A stretch of DNA of 63,465 nucleotides, filler included, from Sluysia triapertura (Eukaryota): NCBI GenBank assembly GCA_046118255.1. It is 5 parts of 5 records of this genome, joined end to end, with 100 filler letters (N's around TTAATTAATTAA, not from the genome) between each part and the next. Parts side by side here need not be neighbours in the genome. Positions count along the whole stretch, not along the records: positions 35,282 to 48,663 come from JBJNIA010043351.1; positions 48,764 to 63,465 come from JBJNIA010251530.1; 3 more parts are not named here. One strand, 5' to 3'. Below the pieces are notes generated by a model. That model saw only the letters and a list, made by a program, of their open reading frames with translations, was not told the DNA's origin and made no database searches. The translations under genes and the position numbers were made by a program. Positions 36,620 to 51,399 of the stretch are shown in pieces. The stretch's first letter is position 1. Each line of letters starts with the position of its first letter.

Positions 36620-38880
36620 TACAAGAATTTATAAATTAAATCATTCACAGTTTCATTATCATAAATCCATTCAAAGTCATTACGCGACAAATGTTGGAAT
36701 TGTTCAAAAATGTCTGCTAGCAAATAAATATCTAATTTAAAATATAATACCATGCATCTTTGATATTATTACATTGAAATAAGTCCCAAATCTTGCATGC
36801 TTTGTTATATTCGCCATTCGTTATTTTATTGGTATCCCAATTATCCAGTATTGGTTTAATATTTAATTAATACTTCAACGCATTAATTGAAGTAGCTAAA
36901 TGGTGTAGAAAAGTGCCTTTTAAATTTATTACGTTAAACTTTCATTTATTGGTAGTGAGGACATTATTTCTGTTAAACTGACTAAACCCCTGATAAAAGT
37001 AGATAAGATTCAATAAATTTTACTGTGAAATTTCTGAGTGGTTTATTATATGCAAACGAAAATTGAAATTTTTCTCAACTTCCTGGGATACTACATAAAT
37101 TTTAATTTGAAAACGGGTTAATGCATATTTTAAAACATCATAACTTTTTAAATTATGAAAGATAACTGATACTGATGGTCTAATTTCGCATGATAGATTA
37201 CTTTCATGCATGCTGCTCAAAAATACGTTCTTCTAAAAAGGTTGTGATTCCTAAGTAATTTAGTTTTTCTTTTTTGTGCTTTTTATTATTGGTTTTGTTG
37301 TTGCTTTTGTTGACAATAATGATAAGTATTCTCAATGGATAAAGATTATGCATTTCAAACATACAACATGATTAATATCTTGATGATAAAAGTACTGATA
37401 ATATTATTTGGACCAATAATTAATAAACCATCCAAAAAAGATTCATGCCTTTGAAATTATGTCATTTTGAAGCAAACAAGGCTCAAAATTGCCGTATACG
37501 CGAAAGGTGTCGACACAGTTTTACTAAAACCGATAAATTAGTTATCATTACTAATCATTAATCTAATAATCATAGGCATAAATGTGCTACTTATAGTCAT
37601 CACATCTATAATATCACTTTAATAATATGAAGGAGAATCGGCTTTCACTAATGAATTATTAATTTCACTTTCATCATTTCTTCTTGCATATCATTATAAA
37701 TAAAATAAGTATAATTAATATAATATTAGCAATTATAATTAACTAATAATAATAATATAGTAATAATAATGACAATAGTGATAATACTAGGTGATATAAT
37801 CACTGAATCTTCGCTCCTTTGAGAAAGGAAGTAATAATTTAGTTTACAAGTTTATAAATATTAAATCATCTCGGAGGAAAATCCTTTCATTAATGTTGAG
37901 TAATTGTAATCAACAATAACATATCCTTCAACTGGAAGCATTTTATATTAATATATTAATTTCGTTTATCAATTTTCTCAATCCTTTAACATAAGAATGT
38001 TATTTAATTTTCAGCGACATTAAAATGAAGTTTAATTGTGAATGGTTAAAAATTCACGATTGTATTCTTAGTTATACGATTATTAATTAAACAAAAATAA
38101 GTTCGAAATTTATTCATTCTTTTATTTAAAATATTATTTATTACTTTATTCAATTTGTAAATTATTACAAGGCGCCATGTAAAATTGCCCATTCTTGAAC
38201 GAGTGATATCCAACCGAAAGATAAGGCATTTATCGCAAGTAAAACTAATATTAACATAAGAGAATACGCACTATTTGGAAAGGTTCTAAAATGATCTATA
38301 AATTCGCACTGATTACTAAAAGTGAGAAAAGCTGTTAATACTATCTTTTTTGGAAATACGACATTTTAAATATTTCAGGACAAAAATTAGCTATACAAAT
38401 CGTAACGCACTTCGAGTTTTAGCAAGACATCAGAAACTTCACTTACGTCTTCACTTACATCTTTCTCAATTATGCGCAGGATTTGAAATATAACTAAAAA
38501 TCTTAATGAATGTGTATTTAATTTCTTTTGCATATTTACAAATGATTAGATTTTGCAATTCGCATTATGATCAATTCGCTCTTTTAAAATATCAACATTA
38601 ATATACTGTTAATCAAAGTAATCTTGAAATATTGGAGCTAAACTGTTCAAAAACAATGTCAATATGACTCCAAACAATTATGGCGTGATTATATGCAAAA
38701 TTCTTATGTTTTTAACCTTTTTAAAATTTTCACAATCATTATTTTCAGATTCGAAATCAAAGTCTACCTCAAACTCACTTGTATCATTGTATTCGTCAAT
38801 TTCAGAATCGATTGGACTTTCGTTTCGAACGCGTTTTCGCGAAGTAGATGTCATAATTTTTTTACGAATTATTTTCAAAA
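36620..38880 (-). mobile_element. Polinton/Maverick protein-primed DNA polymerase B remnant
   Basis: Minus strand: NLSCEIRPSVSVIFHNLKSYD (exo motif CNL...IPV.FHNL.GYD), KGTF (KG.YPY), EYNKACKIWDLFQC...LDIYLLADIFEQF (cf. DY.HA..VW..F...DV.LLADVFE.F); many stops and frameshifts. Confidence 0.8.
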
Positions 38881-39392
38881 TTATATTCTAATTATAGCAA
38901 ATTAAAAAAATTCTAAACTCTAACTTACCAATGTAACAACACCAATATTACTATTTTTTACAATATTACACTTGAGCAACTAATCTGCATACTTCGCATA
39001 TAGCCTTCCGAACTTGACGATAATGACGGGTCGGTGCAAATAAAAATACGAAAGTAAACATTTTCTTATCGGACAATCTTCAACATATACAGATTATATT
39101 AAACGTTTCAATGTTTGTTAAATTAGTGGACCGCAAATGTTTAACCTAATTTTCTCTTTTCACATTTACAGTCAATGAATATCAGATTTTCATCATATAA
39201 GATTCTTTTTTATAATCCATCTACCTTTATTCAATATTTCACTGTTTAACCAATTAAATTTCATAATAACTTATATGCAGTTGATCTAATGTTATGGCTA
39301 TGTAACCAATTTCAATCCATATTGTGAGAATTTTAGTTTGGAAAATGAATATAAAGTTTTAATATATTTTTTTATTAATGTATTTATATTCG

Positions 39393-40200
39393 TGAGTCCT
39401 CTATGACACCGGGCTTACACACTTAAGAGCCGATGCATAGATGTCAGCGTTTAAATAAAAATACAAGTACTGGAAGTGACAGATAATTGTTGATTCTCTT
39501 TCCTCTAATTATAGCGAGATTAAAATTTTTTAATTTGAATCTAATCTAAAAGGATCTGTTAATAATAGTTTTGAATTTATTATCAAGAAATTATTATTAG
39601 GTGTGATATAGTTTAAGATTTGTTAAATCTATTTAAATTATCAGCACGAGTCTTAAGATTTATTTGTTTGATTTTCTTGGGTATAACTAGGTAAGAGAGA
39701 AGAGTTCGTTAGGATTTCTTTGTTCAATGTCTCGTTATATAATCTAAGTGTGATACAACATAATTTTTAATAGAAATGTTATTAATAGTCGGGATTTTTT
39801 CAAAATATACAAAATGAAATTGAAAATATATTGAATAGTCAATTAATTATTACAAAATTTTGAGTATAAAATGTTTAACGTAAAAATTACAAAATACAAT
39901 AATGTGGTTATCAAGAAATTACAAAAATTTTAACAATAATGTTACAATATGTATATATCAAAAATTTTTTTGTTTTATAAAAAATATTTTCAATATAAAA
40001 TTCAAATAATATAGTGTTAGTAGTATTAAACTTTTCTTTATAATAATTGATGATAATTAATAATATTAATTCCTTAAAATTAATATTTGCATCGATAAAA
40101 GTTTATTATAAATTTTTGTAGTAATTAAAATTTACAAAATATTTAATAATAAAATTTAGTTAGTTTATACTCTTCAAAAATGAACAACCTTAATGAATTA
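39393..40200. mobile_element. Second copy of the 16639 LTR-like repeat
   Basis: TGAGTCCTCTATGACACCGGGCTTACACACTTAAGAGCC matches the 16639 head; right end approximate. Confidence 0.5.
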
Positions 40201-41349
40201 ACGATTCTTTACAGTTAAAATTTTTATTCTGGTAAATATCCTTTCTCAAAAATGTTGGATCCGAATATAACTTTTTAAATTGTTGAGTAGAATATTAAAT
40301 ATGAACTGAGTAGTTTGTGTAACAAATTATAATATTCAAATAACTTTAAGATAATTGTATCTAATTTATCACCAAAGTAATTCAATTACAATAACTTTAT
40401 TTCAAATATGATAACTTTAAAACTTTATCTAATAAGTATTATTTATGTGAACAATGTTTATGCTATTTATATATTTCAACTGTACGAAGTAGTCTGGTGA
40501 TTATGATGATTTTCTAAATTTTTTTAATACTTTTTCTAAATTTACATAATTTAACATAATTATACTATATTTATACTTTATTTTTTTATAGTTTTACATT
40601 TTTTATACATTAATAATATGCTAGTTCATAATATTGTTTTGGTAATACATTTTCACTATCTATTATTTTTCTTACTATGTATTTTATTTATTTATATCTG
40701 CCTTGCTAGTTGGTATTCATTTTTCGCGGATTTTTCGTGTTTTACTGACTTTCTGGAAGTTAATTAAGTGTGATGGAGTGCTGTCTTCATCCTTCAGATT
40801 TACGTATTGATTGTGGGACCTGCTATGTTATAAAGATTTTTTTCATTGCTTTTTAACATTTATAAAGGTGTTTTTTGATTTTTTAATCGTTTTTAAAGTA
40901 TAAGATGAATACTTTTTGATAATACATACAATATCTTATGAAATCTAAAATGTTTTTTATTAATTTATTTTTTAAAAATTTACAAATATTTTGTAAATTC
41001 TTACAATACTCATAAGAGCTTCACGTGAGATTTTTAACATTTACTTACTTAAAACTTCACAGACATAAGATATTTCCTCTTCAATGATTATGAAATCGTT
41101 TAACGCCTTATATATTCTATTTTGATTATTACGTACTTCATTATTTTAATGATTCTCTTATATCAAACTGTGTTTATTAATAAGATATATTATGTAAGAA
41201 ATATCGACATGCTAAACGAGAATTTTTTGTCACTGCAGGAATATGCTTTGTGTAAAATGAATAATAAAATTTATTCTAATAAAAACATTTATATCCTAGA
41301 ATTAAACTTGTCACTTGTCTTACGAAAAAGTGATACCAAATAAATGTTA

Positions 41350-42150
41350 TCAGTCGAACCTCTTATCACTCAGGAATAATTCCAAATAACATACTTAAAT
41401 ATTTCTTTTCGATTTAAAATGCCTCATTTAAAAATCATGGAGTTTACGTAATTCGATAGCCTTTCTATAATAAAACTGCTCCTAATCTATATCCACTCGT
41501 TTCAATTCTAATTTCAAAGTGGTTCTCGTTTACAATGTAGTGTCAATAATTCATTTTATTTTACTCCAACTTTAATTTCTAAGAGACATTCTCACAGATT
41601 TCTTCCATTTAAATTCATCTACATAAATTTTGGCCAATGTAAGTAGAGAGTCCTTAAAACATGCTAAATGGTCTTAGTTGATTTATAACATGTTAATTTG
41701 CATTGTGTTCCTTGCGAAGCACTAAAATGTCATCCACAAACCATAAATAACATACATTTCTGAAACTCGGACAAAATGAAAGTCTTTTGTATCTGAACCG
41801 TCCAAAAGAGTAACAAAATATTAGGTATTGTCTATTATTTGGGTGCATTAAAATTTGATGTTACTGTTACTTTGTATCTTATAATTTCAAGATAATTTCT
41901 TATGTCTTTTAATTACTGCAGATCATTGCAAAGCCTAATGATTGAAGATGAACACTATTCCACTTCTTCAATCATTTTACTTTTGAATAATTTATTTAAT
42001 TAAAGTTCAAATTTATCCTTATTTACTACAGATGCTATATATCTTAAATAATAGCATTTTGGTCCTGTAAATCATATTTTTGACAGAATTCCTGTTTTTC
42101 AGATCAGTTATATTCAATTTAAATTACTGAATTTAAAAGAATTTATGAAC
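41350..42150 (-). mobile_element. Highly decayed non-LTR reverse transcriptase remnant
   Basis: Minus-strand LWFVDDILVL (Y/FxDD catalytic motif) near 41715-41745; flanking motifs weak. Confidence 0.35.
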
Positions 42151-43026
42151 ATTGATAAGATCTACCAATGAACACGTGTCAGCAGCATTCAATAATATTT
42201 TACGATCTTTACTTTTATATTGCGCTATCTTTTTTAGAAACTAAACATTTCTCAGTATACAAATAAAAATCTTCATGTAATATCAGTTTATTACTTTTTA
42301 CATAAATAGCTAATGGAAGAAATTGAATTTTAAAATGTTTTTATTACTCCGAACGAAATAAAATCGATATAGATACTGCGATATAAAAAATTTATTGCGA
42401 TAATTTAAATATATTAATTTAAACAATTTATAATCTTATAATAACTTAATAATTGAAAATAAAATTAAAACGAAACTTTTATAAAATCAAGATAAAACCT
42501 AAAATTTCTATTTTCGAGAAACAACTTAAGACAGAAATATCCCGAAAATGTATTTTTATTTTAAGACTAAACAAAAAAACAATGTTAAGAAATGGATTGA
42601 ACTCATCATACTTAATTAACAAATATAAATATAAAGAAAAATATTTGCGCTGCGTTCAATAAATACATAACTTAAAATGTGCAAGTAAATAATTTATTTT
42701 ACTTCACATGGTCCTTTTTACACAACAAATTTTCTTTGCCCGATTATTCGTTCTTGTATTGAGGAAATTCATCTTTTTTGTTTTATAAAACTTGAAAATT
42801 AAAGAACTTGATAATACTCTACTCTATTCTATTGAGTAAACATAAATTTTGAAAATTTGTTAGGATCTATGTACAAAAAAATTAGAAAAATAATAGAACG
42901 CATACTTAAATAGTTATAATTAATGAATTACTGTTAGGCCGTTATTTTAAAACTAACCATTCAAAGAAGAAAATATAAAGCAACATTGAAAAATCAAAAT
43001 TACAATTTGTGCTTACCAAAAATATA

Positions 43027-43483
43027 CTTCCTCCGTCCAGAAATAAGTGTCAGATATTTTTAGAAATTAATATTTTTTGAAAAATTATCAAAATAAATCA
43101 AATCCAAAACATAAAATTATATATTTGATTGAAACTTAACTATAAATATCGTTTCAGAGTCATTTGGGTCATTTACGCTGAATTGATGATGTCATTACTG
43201 AGCCTTACTTAATTAGTTGTCATTCAATTCAAGTAATACATGATAAACTTCTTGCCTTTTGTTTGAACATAAATTACGACCGTTTTTTTCCATTATTTTC
43301 TTTGGCTGAAACTTTATATCAGGTCTTGAAAATTGGTTTTTGACCAAAAACTTAGACTTTGATGAAAGCACTTCACCTATAAAAAGTGTTTTCAAAATAG
43401 CGGTCCGATTTTAAAAGTAAAGTCGCCTTTTCTTAATTTTTGAAAAAAACCGAAATCGGACACGTATTCCTAGACGTATGAAG
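43027..43483. mobile_element. Tc1/mariner-derived (Stowaway-like) MITE
   Basis: TA-CTTCCTCCGTCCAGAAATAAGTGTC ... GACACGTATTCCTAGACGTATGAAG-TA imperfect TIRs with TA TSD. Confidence 0.7.
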
Positions 43484-43731
43484 TAATAATGATTTAGTAA
43501 ATGCATTCAATTTATGTAATATTGTTTCATATTTTTAACAGGTTTCATAATATTTAAATTTAATTTCCTGCATTTTTTGAGTATATAGTTGCTTAAAATC
43601 GGTCAGAAAGTGTAGGAAGAAATTATAATTATAAATAATATCACTCCTTGCTGTTTTTAAGTAACACAACATTTTTTTTATATAATTAACAAAATATATT
43701 AATGATTTATTACTTTAAAATTTATGTTTAG

Positions 43732-43819
43732 AGATCAGGTTTATTTTGAAAATGTTAATATACATGATTTCAAAACAGTAGCTATATTAGGAATCGGAGG
43801 ATTTGGAAGAGTAGAATTA
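43732..43819 (+). CDS. Isolated exon of a cGMP-dependent protein kinase (PKG)-type kinase, subdomain I
   Basis: TTTAG acceptor and GTTAGT donor flank DQVYFENVNIHDFKTVAILGIGGFGRVEL; LGxGGFGRVEL is the PKG Gly-rich loop signature. Confidence 0.65.
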
Positions 43820-45139
43820 GTTAGTATTGGAATATTTCTTATATAAATAAATGTTAAGAAAGTTTCCTCATAATATTATTAACAGTAATTATAATCATAA
43901 TCATAATCATAATCATAATCATAATAATAACTAGAATTACAGACATCCGTCAGTACAGTTTATCTTGTGTTGTGCATTTCATGCAGGACTTTAAAAAAGG
44001 GTGAAGTTTAATTTCAAGTCATGCATTTAAATTTATATTATATTATTTTATTTCTTATGAAGTTTTAATTAAAGTATCAAAAAAATAATGCTATTTTTTC
44101 CGTACAAACAGAAAATAAGCTTTAGGAAATGTTTACATTTTCTCTATATGCTAATAATAAAGAATATTTTAAAAACATTTTTCAATCACAATTCAAATCT
44201 AATCCAATTTTTCAGTCAAATTTCCTTAGAAAAAGTCAAACCAACGCCGACAAAAGCAATTAAAAGAATCTGATGATAAATTTTAAAGTTAACATTTAAA
44301 CATTATGTTTAGAAACAATTAACTAAATATATTTAAATATAAATAGAACCTTTTTAGTACTGAACAGATAAAATAAAAAGGTTATTTTAACATAATTTTG
44401 CATTTTGGTCGCAGAAAAATTATAAAGTAGCTGTAAAAAATATAAAAATTGTGCTTATACAGAGCACTAGTTTTAAAATCATAAATCATAAAAAATTAAG
44501 TTTTCTTAAAAGATGAAAAAAGTAAATTAGATTTCGATTACAATAAAAAAATAAAAAAAGTTTGATCGATTGAAAATATCACTTACATCAAGTTCAATAT
44601 CATCAAATCTTAATAAATCAATCTCTCTCAATATCAAATACATAAGATAATTGTAATGCTAAGTTTTATTTTAGAATAAAATTAAGAGGTATCGCGATTT
44701 TAATAAAAATATTGCTTTGGAAAACTATTTCTTTCCTGATTTATTTTGCATGTGCGATTAAAACTAGATTCAATTAAAACTGAATGTTCCAAAATGTTAA
44801 ATTTTGTTTTAACCAATGAAAATTATAAGCAAAGATAAGGACAAATATCGGTATAGATTTCGGATGTTAAAAAGTCAATAATAAAATAAAATAATTTTTA
44901 AAAGAATAATTATATAATGGAAAAAGAAGTTTGATTTATATTTTAATTTAAAGAATTTGTTTACAAAACTATGACAGAAATTTTCATAATTCGTTTTTAG
45001 AATTAATATGTAGCAGACAAGTTGATAGTATACTAATATTGTATGATTTCATTGATACTAATGCTAAATTAAAATTAAATACATTTGAATTACGCATACA
45101 TGAATTGATCAAAAAACTTGAAATTACTAGAACGATTAA

Positions 45140-47187
45140 CACTAAACGTACCAACATTTCATGTATGCCTATATTCATACAATCACCAGTCATTTTGGGT
45201 TAATTCAATATAAATTTACTCTATTAGAGACACATTAAACAAAGTAACTTTATTGTAGTAATTAAACAAAAAGATACAAATATGTAATATATTCAAATAC
45301 GATATTATAGTAATTATTGATTTTGGCATTTTATAGGAAACAATAGGAAATTCAAATGTACATTTTCCACAAACGTATTTTTCACATTTACAACATTTTT
45401 GAAGTTTTACAATATCTTATTTGTAAAGCTTTTCGCGAATTAGAACTTTCCGTTGTTTCTTTTTCGCATTTACTGTTATTAATTCTTTTTCTCTTGTTTT
45501 TCGATAATCAGTACCAAGTTATTGAGCTATCTGAAGTAAAAAATTCTTGACAGGAAATGTTTTCTTTAGTTGTTTCTTTATTACAGCTAAATCAAGAATA
45601 TTGAAAAAAATTTGACTTCGATTTTCTCGACATTTGACTCGTCATATCTATGCCAAACTTAGACCGGTTGTAAAATAAAATTGCTTCTGGTAAACTTTTA
45701 TTGTTCTTTTCGACTTTTACATAATTGTGCTCACTACTACTTTTACTTTTATAAACTGTGAGATTATAGTTTTCTGACTTGAAATTTTAGTTGAAAGTAG
45801 TTTCATGTCATCTTGTTTATTCCTTACAAATCTGAGCAACTCCATTTTATTTGAGCGGATTGTTCCAACAAGTGTAGTTTTTTTCAAGTAGTTAATTAGC
45901 TAATGTTCTTCCATATCCCAAATATGGTTACATGAATTTTAGCACTTTATACTCAGATAATGGCGTTGAAGCAGGTCTGGTTTCATCAATAGCCTAAATA
46001 TGAAAGGGAATTTATAACAAATTTACTCTAATTATCTGATGTCAACCAAAAATTGATTCTAAATTTATCTAGTTTATTTGTCATCTTCCATAATTTTTTT
46101 CACCAGGTTTATAGCAGTTTTGGGTGTTCTCAATGAATTTATTCTACACTTCAGAAATCACTGTAAATTTGTCATTTTACTGTTTTTTATTAAATCTGAC
46201 AATTTGAGTAAAACTCATTGTTTCTCCGAAAAATTTGGGACCCCATGTTGCATTCCATGTTGTTTGCTTCATATGCGCCTCTTGCATATAAAAGTGCAAT
46301 AAATGCATCTCATTTTTATCGAAATAAGCTCCATTCGATAAGCTTCATCAATTATATATTCCTTAATGTGTTCCATTACATGGTTGACAATAATCAACGA
46401 AAATGCCTGCATTTTCTTTGAATATTTGGATAAAAATTTATTCTTCCAGGTTGACCACCTATTTCTATTTCTTTCCATCAGTTCCCAAATTCTGATAATT
46501 TTCTTCAGAACTTGAAAACAATCTCATTCGTTTACGACTTTTTCATGTCTTCAAAACGTTTTCTTTTCCATCATCAGTATCAGTGAACTCATAATTACTG
46601 TCCAATAAGTTGTTACTGCCAGATAATATATTTTCATTTTCAGGGAATTCATCTAATTTTTTTCTAAGTTCTTCAGTTGATCTGATTGTTTGAACAGTTT
46701 GGAAAACAAAACCAATATAATGACAATTTTTTTCTAATGTTTATTTAGTTATTATAAAATTACTTTCTTGCTAAATTGAAAGTGAAAAAATGATATTGAT
46801 ACCTGTATATTGTTTTTGAGATGTTGACACTTTGAACTACTCAGAACACGTAAAATATATTGAATGGTGAAAAAAACGAAACCATCAAAAAATTAAACTA
46901 TATAAACATTTGTAAGGTAAACTATACTCAAATGTTAAACGAAAGAAAACAAAAATTGACATAAACCAAGTTTTTAAATGAGTACTATTGTAAGTTTTGT
47001 GAATGAGTACTACCGATCAAATGACCGGTCATGGCACATAAAGGATAGATTACCTGTATTCATTAGATTTATTGTAATATAATCTTTTAATAATGTAAAT
47101 TTGTTTGTTTATATATAAAATTAAAAGTCATTCTAAAATGTTATCTTTTTAAAGTAAATACTAAAAACGGTCGTGGTACGTTTAGTG
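45140..47187 (-). mobile_element. Complete but decayed piggyBac element
   Basis: TTAA on both sides (45136-45139, 47188-47191); perfect 14-bp TIR CACTAAACGTACCA; minus-strand transposase motifs DKFRINFWL...YLG and TTLVGTIRSNK. Confidence 0.9.
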
Positions 47188-48574
47188 TTAAATGCAAATA
47201 AACCTATCAATGCCAATTACGTAAATCGAATTTGTACAACAACTTATATCATATACAATTAAATTGGCGGATTTCGCGTATAAACCTTGGTATATTTTAA
47301 AAGAATTTAAAAATAGAAATTTTCTCCCAAAAAATAATTGGAGACTTAAAATCAATAAAATTCTTTTAATATAATGGAATTTAATCCGAAATAATCAAAT
47401 GATATTTCATTACGAATGTTATATAAATGTGTAGAAATTTTAAAACTAAACCGCAATTGTTTTTTGGGATTTTAAAAACTTTATATTCAATATTCTGATA
47501 TTCATGTTAAATTAGGGATAAATAATGTCAAGGTAACGTTACCCGTAACAAAGTAAATAGTGTTTATAAATTAAATTGTTTAATTCTAGAGATATAACAA
47601 AGATATTATAAGATGATCTATTGATCTATTTCAACAGACACGGATTATTTTTATTAGTTTATATACGGACAGAGCTGACAGAAATTAAACCAACAAAAAT
47701 ATGATGAAATGTTTTTTATTTTTGACTGAAGAAATAAAAGCATATATACATAATAAAGGAAAATTTTATTATTGTTAATTATGTTATAAAAATGAAAATT
47801 ACTGATAGAAGTAATCATTTTAAAAACCAATAAGCAAAAAATAAAGTTATGAAAGCCTTTTATTTATATGGAAACAGAAAAAATAATGATATTAAAAAGA
47901 TTATGATATATGAAATTTTCAAGGGGTTTCAAATTTATTAAAATAAATTTACGTGATAAAATTACATTTTCACTGATTCTGGTATAAAATTATACCACAG
48001 ACTATATTTCTCATGAATGGTCAAAACCAATAAGTCGTGTTGATGATATAAACATGATATGACCTATAGATATGAAAATATTATATATAAATTAAATTCT
48101 TGATTTGAATACAATGCAAAATCTTAATTGCGGCCAATATAGCCAAGGTTTTGGTTATTTATGTTGTATAATTAAAAAACATTTGATTTATATAGTAATT
48201 TAATATAAATACTAACAGGAAATTTATATTTATAAAATAAAATCACTGAATTTATTTTACAAATTACCAAACTTGATCATCGAAGTTCTTTTTATTTTTA
48301 CACTCGATTAATTTAGATTCTGTGTTACGATTTGGACCTCGGAAATAAAATATCTGTCTTGTTTAAATTTACTCTTTAAATCTGACATTTAAAGCCAATT
48401 GAAATTTAAAGTGATTTAGAAAATCAAAATATACCTTTAGGAGGATCATTAAATTTTTGAATAATTTTATCAGAATTCGTATATTATTCATTCTTCTTAT
48501 AATATAGATTTGTTTTTCAATCAACTTTCTTCAGTTATTACAGTTTCTTTTTGGAATAATTTTTTGATAGTTTT

Positions 48575-48663
48575 TTTAATAATAATATAATAATAATATA
48601 TTAATTTATATGGCGCTCATATCTACCGCGAAAGTACTCAAAAGCGCTTATGGTATATCATTC
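48575..48663 (-). mobile_element. Non-LTR retroposon 3' end (family of 27042)
   Basis: Minus strand AGCGCTTTTGAGTACTT...GATATGAGCGCCATATAAATTA plus a TTA-rich tail. Confidence 0.55.
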
Positions 48664-48763
48664 NNNNNNNNNNNNNNNNNNNNNNNNNNNNNNNNNNNNN
48701 NNNNNNNTTAATTAATTAANNNNNNNNNNNNNNNNNNNNNNNNNNNNNNNNNNNNNNNNNNNN
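48664..48763. other. Assembly gap with linker
   Basis: N-TTAATTAATTAA-N. Confidence 0.97.
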
Positions 48764-49152
48764 TTTCTTTGTCTGAGGTAGTGTTAATATTGTTGTGTGG
48801 TATTGGTGTATTTGTGATTTACATGTTATGTGTTTTGGTTGTGGTTTGTTTGATAAAATAACTTTTGAGTAAGTGTTATACATTATTCTGGATTAATTAT
48901 CAAAGTGTGATATGAAGTGAATGATTGAAGGTGTTAGACGAATTGTTGGTATATACGTATTGTTGAAATATTATAAATGTCGAATGTTGTTTGTGATGAT
49001 TAGTAAATGTAATTCAATAGTCTGAAGTGAGATGGATTTAAATATTATGTTTTTTGTAAGTAAGTTGTTGTGATTTGCTGATGTTGAGCATGATTGTGAT
49101 TTGGGTGTTATTAAGTTTTGAAGAATTTTGATTTATGGGTGTTGGCCATAAA
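48764..49152 (-). mobile_element. TGTGG-module-like copy (diverged)
   Basis: Minus strand TATGGCCAACACC head followed by a G-poor, C/A-rich body. Confidence 0.35.
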
Positions 49153-50978
49153 AACATCATCATATCTGATGATTGCATATATCTGTTCATGACGACAAAG
49201 ATAGTGATATTGATGATGCTAATAATGATTAAAATGTTGTTATCAGCATCATCATCATTATTATTATTGCACATGTATTTCTCTTAATATTAATATTAAT
49301 GTTTCGGGCTACATCTTTTAATCTTTCATTTAAATTAAATAAACCGTAATATTTTTATGCATGGCACAATTTTCCAATAAATAATCCAATTCAAAATGAA
49401 TAAAATAAATGAAATAAACATTAAACATAAAATAAATATTCCAATAATAAATATTGAATTCATTTTCAAATAAACGAAAGAAAATGAATTTATGTTCAAA
49501 TAATTGATTTATTTACCTATTAACTAAAATTAGGAAATTAGATTGAATATTCGATTTCGTGATTTTCAATCATAGCTAGATCACAATGTTACAGATTCAC
49601 ATACAAAACAATGTAATTTAAAAGTTGTAAAAATTATTATTATATTTAAATATTAAATATAATAATTATTATTTTAATATACAGTCATATCTCGATTTAA
49701 TACCAACTTTATATATTGCCACCAATCAATATTTTTATTATTGCCAAAAAATAAAATTAAATAATATTAAAATTAATTATATAATTAATTATATAATAAA
49801 CTGTACTAATACATAAAATAATTCATTTAATTCAAGATTAATGATTATAGTATCTATTTTTGCACCGAATACACATTTGTATTTAGAATGGCTGATTGGT
49901 TTATGTAACTATAAATATGTAAATAAAAATACAAATTAACTATGATAATTGCTATTATTTACAATAAGTTTTTAAATTTAATATAATATTATAATATTAA
50001 TATATTAAATTTTGTTTTTTAGTAATATAATTTAAGTATAGTATGTTGATGTGGATATAATAAAGTGTGTCGAGAAAAGGTTCTTAGATCAAGGAAAATT
50101 TGAGTTATAGGCTAACTGTGGATATTTAGAAAATATATCTGAAATAATGGAATCATATGTAGCAACTGATACTACATTTTTAGATAAATTAAGTGAGATA
50201 ACATCTCATTTATGAAACTTTAAAAGATTGCAAAAATATTTTTACTATTATGAGTTATGTCATAAACTTTATTGAATCATATTCTTAGTGGAAGTCATTT
50301 GAAACTTGTACAAAAATTTAATTTTAGAAATTTCTTTATAATCAATTTTTGACTGAAGTTAAAAATTACGTGCCACCATAGAATCATAATCACATATTTC
50401 ATAGGCCCATTTCTATTATTGTATGTGACAAATTCGTTGAAAAATATTCTAGATTTTAAAGGTTCAGAAGACGGCTAAACGTGCCAGAAATTTCTTTCAA
50501 TTTCCTTAACCTTTTCTACATCACCCATAAATGATTTTAATATTTTAATATTTAAGCTAATTTGAATTTTAATGACGAATAACAAAAAATAACTAATTTT
50601 ATATATTAGTTTCATAAAAATCCAGTAGTATCAGATACTTACTGAAATGTTCTATAAACGGGATTGCGCACTCTATCAAAATTTTAATCGTGCACATAAC
50701 CTATAGCACTTTGCTTAACAGCTACCATAATATTTATGGTATTCGTTTTGGACAAATAGAATAACATTGCACAAAGATTACCTTCATATGAAAGAAGGAA
50801 AATTTGATGCGACTTTAAGAAATGCATATTTTCTGAATTACGAATATCGAAGTCACAGCAAAAACAATTTACATCAGTTATTTGTAAGAGTATTAACAAA
50901 GATTGGAAAAAATGGAAAAAAACTATAACGATTATTGTGATATTGATAATGGTGGTGGTATGATTAATGACAATGATG

Positions 50979-51129
50979 NNNNNNNNNNNNNNNNNNNNNN
51001 NNNNNNNNNNNNNNNNNNNNNNNNNNNNNNNNNNNNNNNNNNNNNNNNNNNNNNNNNNNNNNNNNNNNNNNNNNNNNNNNNNNNNNNNNNNNNNNNNNNN
51101 NNNNNNNNNNNNNNNNNNNNNNNNNNNNN
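50979..51129. other. Assembly gap
   Basis: N run. Confidence 0.99.
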
Positions 51130-51399
51130 CTACATAAAGTAAAATTAATATATCTTAGTAATTTAATTAATATTATTTAATTTAAAGCCAAAGTTCTTTA
51201 TAAATTAGAATATTGTGATAAATGATTTATTATTAACACTGAAATAATTTAGAGTAAATATTAGTATTACCTAAATTAATTATCAAAAAATTTAATTAAT
51301 TATATTAGAACTACATAAACTCATGTTCCTTAATAATTTTATGATAACTTTAAAGAATTATCTTAAAGATTTGGAAACTTATTGATAATAAAATGATTG

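Noticed and set aside
10788-48763. Repeated TTAATTAATTAA palindrome inside N runs
   Set aside because: Artificial six-frame-stop scaffold linker in 100-bp gaps; not biological
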